From Butyrivibrio sp. (GTDB lineage: Bacteria; Bacillota; Clostridia; Lachnospirales; Lachnospiraceae): a stretch of DNA of 64,000 bases. The notes below the pieces were generated by a model. The model was not told where the DNA came from. It made no database searches and saw nothing but the letters and a program-made list of their open reading frames with translations. The stretch covers positions 42,114 through 106,113 of the forward strand of contig JAFZQT010000033.1 in assembly GCA_017620235.1 (NCBI GenBank), read 5' to 3'. The position numbers and the translations under genes are program-made. Numbering within the stretch: position 1 is the stretch's first letter; each line of letters opens with the position of its first letter. Below are positions 47,367-56,328 of this stretch, in pieces.

Positions 47367-48572
47367 ATGAAAAAAAGAATTTTTGCAGTAGTTATGGCTG
47401 CAACAATGGTATTTTCTCTTGTAGGATGTGGTTCTAAAGCACCCGATGCAAGCGCAACAACTGAGACTTCAACAACTGAAGCTAAGACAGAGAGCGCTGA
47501 TGCAGCAGATGCTAGTGAGCCTACCAGCGACATAAAAGTTGCTATGGTAACAGATTACGGCGACATCACAGATCAGTCTTTCAACCAGTCAACATATGAA
47601 GCATGTCAGGCATTTTGTGACGAGAACAAGATGGGATTCACATATTATAAGCCTGCAGGCGATTCAACTGCTGAGAGAGTAGCTCAGATCGATAAGGCAG
47701 TAGCTGACGGATATAATGTAATTGTTATGCCCGGTTATGCTTTCGCTGAAGCTATCGTTGAGACAGCAGAAATGTATCCCGATGTAAAATTCGTAGCTCT
47801 TGATGTATCTGAGTTCGATCTCGAGGGTGAAAAATCTGATTTCAATAATGAGACATATCCCAATGTATTCTCTGCAGTATACCAGGAAGAGCTTCCCGGA
47901 TACATGGCAGGATACGCTGCAGTAAAGATGGGATTCACAAAGCTTGGTTTCCTCGGTGGAATGGCAGTTCCCGCTGTTATCCGTTATGGTTACGGATTCG
48001 TTCAGGGTGCTGACGCAGCTGCTAAGGAGATCGGCGCAGACGTTTCTCTTAACTACGCTTATGGTAACCAGTTCTATGGTGATGCTGATATCACAGCTGC
48101 TATGGATACATGGTATCAGGGTGGTACAGAAGTTGTATTTGCTTGCGGTGGCGGTATCTTCGCATCAGCAGGTGAGGCAGCTGCAAAGGTAAACGGCAAG
48201 GTTATCGGTGTTGACGTTGACCAGGCTGCTACAATCGATGGAAAGTACGGCAAGGGAATGACTGTTACTTCAGCTATGAAGGGTCTTAAGGCAACAGTTA
48301 ACACACTTCTTTCAGCAATTAAAGATGGTAAGTGGGATGAGTACGCAGGAAAGATCTCAAATCTTGGTCTTGTATCAGGCGATGACACATCTCTCAACTA
48401 TGTAGGACTTCCTGAGGAAACAACACTTTGGAACGATACATTTAAGAAAGAAGATTATTTGAAGCTTGTTGCTGATATGGCAAACGGAACAATCAAAGTT
48501 TCAAACGATACAAATGCTGAGAAGCCTTCTGCTGATAACATTAAGGTTAACTTCCAGGGTAACATTAAGTAA
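47367..48572 (+). CDS. BMP-family nucleoside ABC substrate-binding lipoprotein
   Basis: Lipobox LVGC; DQSFNQ, GYMAGYAA, IGVDVDQ, TSAMK. Confidence 0.92.
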   Translation: MKKRIFAVVMAATMVFSLVGCGSKAPDASATTETSTTEAKTESADAADASEPTSDIKVAMVTDYGDITDQSFNQSTYEACQAFCDENKMGFTYYKPAGDSTAERVAQIDKAVADGYNVIVMPGYAFAEAIVETAEMYPDVKFVALDVSEFDLEGEKSDFNNETYPNVFSAVYQEELPGYMAGYAAVKMGFTKLGFLGGMAVPAVIRYGYGFVQGADAAAKEIGADVSLNYAYGNQFYGDADITAAMDTWYQGGTEVVFACGGGIFASAGEAAAKVNGKVIGVDVDQAATIDGKYGKGMTVTSAMKGLKATVNTLLSAIKDGKWDEYAGKISNLGLVSGDDTSLNYVGLPEETTLWNDTFKKEDYLKLVADMANGTIKVSNDTNAEKPSADNIKVNFQGNIK

Positions 48573-48600
48573 TTTAGCTAATTACAGCTCTTGAGCTGAT

Positions 48601-48637
48601 AGGGACCGGCAGATTCATAGTCTTCCGGTCCTTTTTA
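48601..48637 (+). terminator. Stem-loop/terminator after the BMP gene
   Basis: AGGGACCGG...CCGGTCCTTTTT. Confidence 0.65.
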
Positions 48638-48678
48638 CCAATTTATGGTTATATTTACATAGGAGATTCAAAAATATT

Positions 48679-50238
48679 ATGGAGGAGACAAAAGTGGCAG
48701 AAAACAGCGAATATGCTATTGAAATGCTTGGCATAACAAAACGTTTCCCGGGTATTATCGCTAACGACAACGTTACTATTCAGCTGAAAAAAGGCGAGAT
48801 ACATGCTCTTTTGGGTGAAAACGGAGCCGGTAAATCTACACTTATGAGTGTGCTTTTTGGTTTGTATCAGGCTGAAGAAGGCGTGATAAAGAAGGATGGA
48901 AAGGAAGTGCAGATCAACAATCCCAATGATGCCAATGATCTTGGTATCGGAATGGTTCATCAGCACTTTAAGCTTGTGCAGTGTTTTTCTGTTCTCGATA
49001 ATATCATTCTCGGTGTTGAGACGGTTAAGAACGGCTTTTTGCAGAAGGACGTAGCCAGAAAGAAGATATTGGAACTTTCTGAGAAGTACGGTCTTAAAGT
49101 CGATCCTGATGCCAAGATTGAAGATATCACTGTTGGTATGCAGCAGAGAACAGAAATCCTTAAGATGCTTTACAGAGATAATGAGATACTTATCTTTGAT
49201 GAGCCCACTGCGGTTCTTACACCTGCTGAGATCGATGAGCTCATGCAGATCATGAAGAATCTTGCGAAAGAAGGAAAATCTATTCTCTTCATTTCACATA
49301 AACTTGCCGAGATCATGGCAGTTGCAGACAGATGCAGCGTTTTGAGAAGAGGAAAGTATATCGGTACGGTAAATATTTCTGAGACAAATCAGGAAGAGCT
49401 TTCCAGAATGATGATCGGTCGTGATGTACAGCTTGTCGCAACCAAGGAAGATAAGACTCCGGGTGAGGTAATTCTTCACGTTGAGAACATGACTGTTCCT
49501 TCAAAGCTTCATCACAACAACGCTGTTAAGAACGTCTCTTTTGATGTCAGAGAGGGCGAGATTGTTTGTATCGCCGGAATTGACGGAAATGGACAGACAG
49601 AGCTCGTTTACGGGCTTTCGGGACTTGAGAATATCACATCGGGTAAGATTGAACTTTCCGGAAAAGATATTACTCATGCATCCATCAGAGAGCGTTCAAC
49701 AAGCGGAATGAGCCATATTCCCGAAGACAGACATAAGCACGGACTTGTGCTTGATTATTCTCTTGCATATAACCTTGTGCTTCAGAGATACTTTGAGCCT
49801 GAGTTCAGTTCAAAGAGCGGCTTCCTTAAAAAAACCGAGATCAATAAGTATGCAGATAAGCTCATAGAGCAGTATGATATTCGTTCAAGCCAGGGGGCTG
49901 AGACGATTGCAAGAAGCATGTCAGGTGGTAACCAGCAGAAGGCTATCATCGCCAGAGAGATTGATAAAGATCCCAATCTTCTCATTGCTGTTCAGCCTAC
50001 AAGAGGTCTTGATGTAGGTGCTATCGAGTATATTCACAGACAGCTTATTGCACGCAGAGATGAAGGTCATGCAGTTCTTCTTGTTTCTCTTGAACTTGAA
50101 GAGGTTATGAGCATTTCGGACAGAATACTTGTTATGTACGAAGGAGAGATAGTCGGTGAGTTTGATCCCAAGAAAACAACCCCCGAAGAACTCGGACTTT
50201 ACATGGCAGGAGCTAAGAGAAAGGAGGTAGGTGCATAA
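48679..50238 (+). CDS. Nucleoside ABC transporter ATP-binding protein (two ABC domains)
   Basis: GENGAGKST, MVHQHF, DEPTAVL, MSGGNQQK, QPTRGLDVGA. Confidence 0.93.
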   Translation: MEETKVAENSEYAIEMLGITKRFPGIIANDNVTIQLKKGEIHALLGENGAGKSTLMSVLFGLYQAEEGVIKKDGKEVQINNPNDANDLGIGMVHQHFKLVQCFSVLDNIILGVETVKNGFLQKDVARKKILELSEKYGLKVDPDAKIEDITVGMQQRTEILKMLYRDNEILIFDEPTAVLTPAEIDELMQIMKNLAKEGKSILFISHKLAEIMAVADRCSVLRRGKYIGTVNISETNQEELSRMMIGRDVQLVATKEDKTPGEVILHVENMTVPSKLHHNNAVKNVSFDVREGEIVCIAGIDGNGQTELVYGLSGLENITSGKIELSGKDITHASIRERSTSGMSHIPEDRHKHGLVLDYSLAYNLVLQRYFEPEFSSKSGFLKKTEINKYADKLIEQYDIRSSQGAETIARSMSGGNQQKAIIAREIDKDPNLLIAVQPTRGLDVGAIEYIHRQLIARRDEGHAVLLVSLELEEVMSISDRILVMYEGEIVGEFDPKKTTPEELGLYMAGAKRKEVGA

Positions 50239-51377
50239 TGTCAGCAGAAAATAAAGGAGCAGTAGCAAAAGAAAAGGAAAGCCTTTTAGCTAAGCCTGCT
50301 GTTCAGTCAATACTTGCATCACTTCTTTGTATTATTGTAGGTCTCTTTATCGGTTACATTGCACTTCTTTTCATAAATGCAAAAGGTGCCAACGAAGCCA
50401 TTGTTACTATAATAAAGAACTATTTTACTTACCCGACCAAGGCAGCTGCACTTAAATATTGCGGAAATACATTGGTAAAGGCTGCGCCTCTTCTTATGTG
50501 CGCACTTTCCATTCAGTTCTGTTATCAGGCCGGTCTTTTCAATATCGGAGCAGCCGGACAGTATGTAGTTGGAGCAGGAGCGTCACTTTTCTGTGCGCTT
50601 AAGCTTGGACTTCCCTGGTTTGTATGTCTTCTTGCAGCACTTGTTGCTGGTGGAGTATACGGAGTTATCGTAGGTGTGCTCAAGGCATATCTCAACGTTA
50701 ACGAGGTTATTTCAGGAATCATGCTTAACTGGATCGGATTGTATACGGTCAATATGGCTCTGAGTAGTGTAAAAGAGTCTTCAAGCCCTTATACACTTTC
50801 TCTTGCATCAACAAACGAGGCAGCTCTTTTGCCGTCTCTTGGACTTGAGAAGCTCTTTTCAAACAACAAATACGTTACTGTAGCAATTCCTCTTGCTGTT
50901 ATCATAGCTATCCTTCTTAAGGTTGTTCTTTCAATGACAGTGTTTGGTTATGAGATCAAAGCAACAGGTATTGCCAAGGATGCTGCAAAGTACAGTGGAA
51001 TGAAAGAGAAGAGAAACGTTATCCTTACACTCTTTATCGGTGGAGCTCTTGCAGGAATCGGAGCTGCATTCTTCTTCCTTTCAGGATATGAGCAGTGGTC
51101 TGTAACACAGTCATCCGTTCCGGGAATGGGCTTTAACGGTATTGCCGCTACTTTCCTCGGAGGACTTGATCCTATCGGAACAATTTTTGCTTCATACTTT
51201 ATTGAGCACATCACAAGTGGAGGATCATATCTTGATAAGAATGCTTATCCTTCACAGATCTCTGATTTTATTTCAGCGATCATCATCTATCTCTGCGGTT
51301 TTGTACTTTTCTTTAAGTTCTTCTTAAACAGCAGGATTAGAAATAAAAAGAATAATGCAGAAGGAGGTAACAAATAA
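50238..51377 (+). CDS. Nucleoside ABC transporter permease 1
   Basis: GLFNIGAAGQ, NEVISGIMLNWI, GFNGIAA..LG. Confidence 0.9.
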   Translation: MSAENKGAVAKEKESLLAKPAVQSILASLLCIIVGLFIGYIALLFINAKGANEAIVTIIKNYFTYPTKAAALKYCGNTLVKAAPLLMCALSIQFCYQAGLFNIGAAGQYVVGAGASLFCALKLGLPWFVCLLAALVAGGVYGVIVGVLKAYLNVNEVISGIMLNWIGLYTVNMALSSVKESSSPYTLSLASTNEAALLPSLGLEKLFSNNKYVTVAIPLAVIIAILLKVVLSMTVFGYEIKATGIAKDAAKYSGMKEKRNVILTLFIGGALAGIGAAFFFLSGYEQWSVTQSSVPGMGFNGIAATFLGGLDPIGTIFASYFIEHITSGGSYLDKNAYPSQISDFISAIIIYLCGFVLFFKFFLNSRIRNKKNNAEGGNK

Positions 51378-52318
51378 TGGTATTACTTCTTCAATATACA
51401 CTTTTGTTTGCCTCGGTTTTGATACTTGTAGCTCTTGGTGGATGCTTCTCAGAGCATTCCGGTGTTATCAACCTCGGACTTGAGGGAATTATGGTTATGG
51501 GAGCTCTCGGTGGAGCGCTCACTCTTAAGTACATCGATTCATCACTTCCGGCTATCGTTATAGTCCTGGCGGTGCTTGCAATCTCAATATTATGCGGTGC
51601 TGTTTATTCAACACTTCTTGCTTTTGCCTGCATCAACTTTAAGGCTGACCAGACACTTGTAGGAACAGCGCTTAACTTGCTTGCTGCGGCTGCTGCAACT
51701 GTTATTGCAAAGTCTATCAATATTATTGAGGATCCCAATAACGTATCTTCAACCGTACAGTACGTAGAAGCTAAGAAGGCACTTGTTGTTAATCTCGGAA
51801 AGTTCCAGTTTAACTGGTTTATGCTTGTAGCTTTCATTGCACTTGTTTGTGCGTATGTAATTCTGTATAAGACAAGATTCGGCTTGAGACTTATGGCATG
51901 CGGTGAGCATCCTCAGGCTGCGGACAGCGTTGGTATCAATGTTTACACAATGCGCTGGGCAGGAGTTCTTATTTCAGGAATGCTTGCAGGTGTAGGCGGA
52001 ATCGTTTATATCACAGCCGGTGTAAGTGAGTGGAAGTTTGAGAATGGTGTTGCCGGTTTTGGTTTCCTTGCTCTTGCGGTTATGATCTTTGGTCAGTGGA
52101 AGCCTGTAAATATCGGACTTGCAGCATTGTTGTTCGGATTCTTCAGAGCTCTTTCAAATGTATATTCGGGCTTTGATTTCCTTGCAGCTCTCAATATCCC
52201 GGGATCTGTATACAATATGATGCCTTACATCATTTCACTTATTGTTCTTGCATTTACATCTGCCAATTCACGAGCACCTAAGGCTGAGGGTATTCCTTAC
52301 GACAAGGGCTCAAGATAA
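51377..52318 (+). CDS. Nucleoside ABC transporter permease 2
   Basis: SEHSGVINLGLEG, GLRL.ACGEHPQAADSVGINV, GFLALA.MIFGQWKP. Confidence 0.9.
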   Translation: MVLLLQYTLLFASVLILVALGGCFSEHSGVINLGLEGIMVMGALGGALTLKYIDSSLPAIVIVLAVLAISILCGAVYSTLLAFACINFKADQTLVGTALNLLAAAAATVIAKSINIIEDPNNVSSTVQYVEAKKALVVNLGKFQFNWFMLVAFIALVCAYVILYKTRFGLRLMACGEHPQAADSVGINVYTMRWAGVLISGMLAGVGGIVYITAGVSEWKFENGVAGFGFLALAVMIFGQWKPVNIGLAALLFGFFRALSNVYSGFDFLAALNIPGSVYNMMPYIISLIVLAFTSANSRAPKAEGIPYDKGSR

Positions 52319-52332
52319 AGGAAGCGTTGTTT

Positions 52333-52755
52333 ATGGATGAGAAGATTATAAAAGAGCTTATATCAAAAGCGGCAGGAATGAGGAAGATTTCATATACACC
52401 TTATTCCAAGTTCAATGTCGGAGCGGCTCTTCTTGCCAAAAACGGCAATATATATACGGGGTGTAATATAGAAAACGCCTCGTATACACCTACAATCTGC
52501 GCTGAGAGAACGGCTTTTTTCAAAGCTGTCAGCGAGAATGTAAGAGAATTCGATGCTATAGCCATTATCGGCGGACATGCGGATGCGAAGGAGCTTGAAA
52601 TGTGCTTTCCGTGCGGTGTTTGCAGACAGGTTATGAGCGAATTTTGCGGTGATGATTTTAAAATAATAATCGCGAAGTCGGTAGATGAGTACAAAGTTTA
52701 TACAATGTCCGAAATGTTGCCCGAAAGATTCGGTCCAAAAGACGTTTTGGGTTGA
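52333..52755 (+). CDS. cdd: Cytidine deaminase
   Basis: PYSKFNVGAAL, GCNIENASY, CAERTA, PCGVCRQ. Confidence 0.95.
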   Translation: MDEKIIKELISKAAGMRKISYTPYSKFNVGAALLAKNGNIYTGCNIENASYTPTICAERTAFFKAVSENVREFDAIAIIGGHADAKELEMCFPCGVCRQVMSEFCGDDFKIIIAKSVDEYKVYTMSEMLPERFGPKDVLG

Positions 52756-52801
52756 CTTTTCCGATGATTTCGTGTTATTATATTCTGCGTTATGAAAATC
52801 A

Positions 52802-52840
52802 GACGGTCCTCTGTTACTAAGTATTTGTATTAAGAACGTC
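52802..52840 (+). ncRNA. Putative ribosomal protein L19 leader
   Basis: GACGGTCCTCTG ... AAGAACGTC hairpin in the 5' UTR of rplS, resembling the Firmicute L19 leader as recalled. Confidence 0.55.
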
Positions 52841-52860
52841 CATTTGAAAGGAAAAAAGAT

Positions 52861-53211
52861 ATGAGTACAATTATCGAAGAGCTCGAGAAAGAGCAGCTGA
52901 ACGCCAATGCGCCTCAGTTCAACACAGGTGATACTGTAAGAGTACACGCTAAGATCAAGGAAGGAAACCGTGAAAGAGTACAGGTTTTCGAAGGAACTGT
53001 TAAGAAAATCCAGGGTGGAAGCAATCGTACAACATTTACTGTAAGAAAAGAGTCTTACGGTGTCGGTGTTGAGAAGACATGGCCCCTTCACTCACCTATC
53101 GTTGAGAAGGTTGAGGTTGTTAGAAGAGGTAAGGTTAGAAGAGCTAAGCTTAACTACCTTAAGGGTCTCACAGGTAAGAAGGCTAAGGTTAAGGAACTTG
53201 TTACCAGATAA
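52861..53211 (+). CDS. rplS: 50S ribosomal protein L19
   Basis: [35 protein letters not shown]. Confidence 0.97.
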   Translation: MSTIIEELEKEQLNANAPQFNTGDTVRVHAKIKEGNRERVQVFEGTVKKIQGGSNRTTFTVRKESYGVGVEKTWPLHSPIVEKVEVVRRGKVRRAKLNYLKGLTGKKAKVKELVTR

Positions 53212-53220
53212 TTTGTTAGG

Positions 53221-53252
53221 AAAGGCAGTTACTTTTAGTAATTGCCTTTTTT
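53221..53252 (+). terminator. Intrinsic terminator after rplS
   Basis: AAAGGCAGTTAC-TTTTA-GTAATTGCCTTTTTT. Confidence 0.8.
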
Positions 53253-53434
53253 GTATTATGATATAGGTGTTTCAAAGTCAAGCTGTTTATATGCTCGCAT
53301 ATTAAACAGCTTGACCTTGAAACCCTAACAAACATGAGGAAATAGCAATTTACGAAGTAAATTCGCGGTTTCCGAATGTTTGTAGAATTGCGAAAGTTTC
53401 GAAGAAACGAAGCAATTCGTATATCATAATACAA
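53251..53434. repeat. 184-bp structured intergenic element with 15-bp terminal inverted repeats and three internal hairpins
   Basis: TTGTATTATGATATA (53251-53265) / TATATCATAATACAA (53420-53434) enclose hairpins at about 53266-53324, 53328-53383 and 53385-53418. Confidence 0.75.
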
Positions 53435-53484
53435 GACTCAACTTTTATAATTATCGTTTGACAATATATACATGAGGATTATAT

Positions 53485-54090
53485 ATGTTTCGAAGAGGAT
53501 TGTTTCGAAAAAAACGCACCCTTTCTTTTTATCAGAAAAAAAGAGTTATTACCCCAAAACTGTTAAAAGAGATATTGTCTTGGATCATAATAACCTGTTT
53601 GGCGCTTATGCTAGCCTTTATAATCGTGTATCTTTACGGCACACGGGTTGGTAACGTCGGAGACTCTATGGAGCCTACAATTGCGAATGGACAGGGGCTT
53701 CTTGTAGACAGAACGGCATATAAAGTTTTAAGACCGAAGAAAAATGATATAATTGTTTTTTTACCGAACGGAAATACAAATTCTCACTTCTATGTTAAGC
53801 GTGTAGTGGCTGTTTCAGGCGAAAGAGTGCAGATCATGGACGGAGAACTTTATATAAACGGAAAACTTCAGGAAGATGAAGAGGGTTTATATGATAAAAT
53901 GGAAGACGGGGGTATTGCTGTTTCGGAGATAAAGCTTGGAAAAGGCGAATACTTCGTCCTTGGTGATAACAGAAACGGCAGTGAGGATTCCAGAAATCCG
54001 GATATCGGAATAGTTAAGGATAATATGATCGTCGGCAAAGCTTGGTATAAGCTTAGATTTGCAGATAATGCGGGCGGTTTTATACATTAA
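53485..54090 (+). CDS. lepB: Signal peptidase I (copy 1)
   Basis: GDSMEPT (catalytic Ser), YVKRVVA (Lys), GDNR..SEDSR. Confidence 0.92.
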   Translation: MFRRGLFRKKRTLSFYQKKRVITPKLLKEILSWIIITCLALMLAFIIVYLYGTRVGNVGDSMEPTIANGQGLLVDRTAYKVLRPKKNDIIVFLPNGNTNSHFYVKRVVAVSGERVQIMDGELYINGKLQEDEEGLYDKMEDGGIAVSEIKLGKGEYFVLGDNRNGSEDSRNPDIGIVKDNMIVGKAWYKLRFADNAGGFIH

Positions 54091-54122
54091 CCTTCCAAAA
54101 AATAAATGAAAATGGTGAATAT

Positions 54123-55004
54123 ATGAATTATCAGTGGTACCCAGGACATATGACAAAAGCAATAAGGATGATGCAGGAAAACATCAAACTTATTGATATT
54201 ATCATTGAGCTTACCGATGCCAGAATACCTGCATCAGGAAGAAATCCCGATATAGATGAACTTGGAAAAAACAAGTACAGACTTGTTATATTGAATAAAT
54301 CAGATCTTGCCGATCCTTCCGTTACAAAGAGATGGCAGGAAGCTTTTAGTGATGACAAGACTTTGGTAATGGAGATGAACTCCAAGACCGGAAATGAAGC
54401 TGCCAAGGTAAAAGATCTGGTTCAGAAAGCCTGTGCTGAGAAGATAGAGAGAGACAAAAAGCGCGGAATAGTCGGAAGACCCATAAGAGCTATGGTTGCC
54501 GGTATTCCCAATGTCGGCAAGTCTACTTTTATAAATAAACTTGCAGGAAGAGCATCCGCAAAGACCGGAAATAAGCCCGGTGTTACTAAGGGAAAGCAGT
54601 GGATCTCTCTTGGAAAGAATATGCAGCTTCTTGATACTCCCGGAATCTTGTGGCCTAAGTTTGAGGATGAGACCGTTGGACTTAACCTTGCACTTATAGG
54701 CTCTATGAACGACGAGAATCTTGATGTGTGTGAGCTTGCATGCGAACTTATCAAGATTCTTGAAGTTAATTACAAGAATGCGATTCCCGATAAGTACGGC
54801 ATTACTGACGAGCAGGTTGAAGAGCTTGAAAATGTTCAGTATGCGACTCATTACAGTGCGATCTTATCCGCTATAGCTGCAAACAGAAAATGCTTTAAAC
54901 AGGGCGCAGAGCCTGATATCAACAGGGCAGCGGCTCTTTTGCTTGACGATTTCAGAAACGGAAAGCTTGGCAGAATATCACTGGAGAGACCGCAGCAAAA
55001 CTAA
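54123..55004 (+). CDS. rbgA: Ribosome biogenesis GTPase RbgA/YlqF
   Basis: QWYPGHM, DARIP, NKSDL, GIPNVGKS, LLDTPGILWPK. Confidence 0.96.
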   Translation: MNYQWYPGHMTKAIRMMQENIKLIDIIIELTDARIPASGRNPDIDELGKNKYRLVILNKSDLADPSVTKRWQEAFSDDKTLVMEMNSKTGNEAAKVKDLVQKACAEKIERDKKRGIVGRPIRAMVAGIPNVGKSTFINKLAGRASAKTGNKPGVTKGKQWISLGKNMQLLDTPGILWPKFEDETVGLNLALIGSMNDENLDVCELACELIKILEVNYKNAIPDKYGITDEQVEELENVQYATHYSAILSAIAANRKCFKQGAEPDINRAAALLLDDFRNGKLGRISLERPQQN

Positions 55005-55027
55005 AATAAAGGAGCGAGACTGGTGAA

Positions 55028-55567
55028 ATGAAAAATGTTTTAAAAGAGGTACTCAGCACAGCTTTGTATCTTGCTGTTGTATTTGTACTTACATTTTTGT
55101 TTATAACTTTTGTGGCACAGAGAACACGCGTTGTCGGACATTCTATGGAACCTACTTTACAGGACACAGAGAGCCTTATCATAGAGAAGGTTTCATACAG
55201 ATTCAGCGCACCCAAGAGATTTGATATAATCGTATTTCCTTACGAGCACGGCAATCAGGGTAAGGAGTTTTTTGTAAAGAGAATAATCGGACTTCCCGGC
55301 GAGACTGTAAGGATTGATGAGGAAGGAAATATCTTCATAAACGGCGAGAAGCTCGAAGAGAATTACGGAAAAGAAGTAATTCAGGATCCCGGAAGAGCAA
55401 TAAACGATGTTGTTTTAGGGGATGATGAATATTTTGTAATGGGCGATAACAGAAACAACAGTATGGACAGTCGCTTTGATAATGTCGGAAATATCAGCAA
55501 GGATAAATTCCTCGGAAAAGTTATATTTAGGATTTTCCCTTTAAAAAAAGCCGGGGGAGTTAAGTGA
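55028..55567 (+). CDS. lepB: Signal peptidase I (copy 2)
   Basis: GHSMEPTL, FVKRIIGLPGE, GDNRNNSMDSR. Confidence 0.93.
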   Translation: MKNVLKEVLSTALYLAVVFVLTFLFITFVAQRTRVVGHSMEPTLQDTESLIIEKVSYRFSAPKRFDIIVFPYEHGNQGKEFFVKRIIGLPGETVRIDEEGNIFINGEKLEENYGKEVIQDPGRAINDVVLGDDEYFVMGDNRNNSMDSRFDNVGNISKDKFLGKVIFRIFPLKKAGGVK

Positions 55568-56328
55568 TGCAATCTCTCAGCGATATTAAGAGTGTTTTAA
55601 ATGAATCTGTTACAGTGGATGAGCTCAAGAGCTTTATCACGATGTATGAAAGCGATGAGAGAGCGGGTGTCCGCAAACTCATTGATACAGCCAATAAGCG
55701 TATTGCTGCTATAGAAAAGGAACTTGCCAGACTCAAGGAGATGCGCAAATATGAGAATGAGAACAGGCAGTTCGGGCTTCTTTGCGGAATCGATGAAGTA
55801 GGAAGAGGTCCTCTTGCAGGACCTGTATATGCTGCGGCTGTAATTCTTCCCGAGGATGTTGATATTCTATATATTAATGATTCTAAGAAATTATCCGAAA
55901 AAAAGAGAGAAGAGTTATACTCTGAAATAATGGAAAAAGCTGTAGCGGTGGGCATAGGACATGTATCCGAAAAAAGGATAGATGAGATAAATATCTTGCA
56001 GGCAACTTTTGAAGCTATGACTATGGCAGTCTCAGAGCTTTCTGTTAAACCGGGAGCTCTTTTGATCGATGCAGTGCATATTCCTCAGCTTGATGAATAT
56101 AAGCAGATCTCTATTATAAAGGGAGATGCCAAGAGTGCGTCGATCGCGGCGGCAAGTATCATTGCCAAGGTTACGAGAGACAGAGTCATGAAACAGTACG
56201 CGGAAGAATATCCCGAATATGGATTTGATTCCAATAAAGGCTACGGAAGTAAAGAACATATCGATGCTATTAAGAAATACGGCGCTTGTCCCATTCATCG
56301 CAGATCTTTTATAGGGAATTTTATATGA
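55564..56328 (+). CDS. rnhB: Ribonuclease HII
   Basis: GIDEVGRGPLAGPV, DSKKLSEKKR, KGDAKS.SIAAASIIAKV.RD. Confidence 0.96.
   Translation: MMQSLSDIKSVLNESVTVDELKSFITMYESDERAGVRKLIDTANKRIAAIEKELARLKEMRKYENENRQFGLLCGIDEVGRGPLAGPVYAAAVILPEDVDILYINDSKKLSEKKREELYSEIMEKAVAVGIGHVSEKRIDEINILQATFEAMTMAVSELSVKPGALLIDAVHIPQLDEYKQISIIKGDAKSASIAAASIIAKVTRDRVMKQYAEEYPEYGFDSNKGYGSKEHIDAIKKYGACPIHRRSFIGNFI

Noticed and set aside
52390-53091. 233-aa minus-strand ORF and similar long antisense ORFs (41896-42489, 54300-54851, 61372-62013)
   Set aside because: They are shadows of well-supported plus-strand genes and have no recognisable motifs.
53251-53434. tRNA, tmRNA, SRP RNA or riboswitch
   Set aside because: Branched, but it has no T-loop/D-loop consensus or CCA, is too long for a tRNA, and shows no recognisable aptamer motifs.
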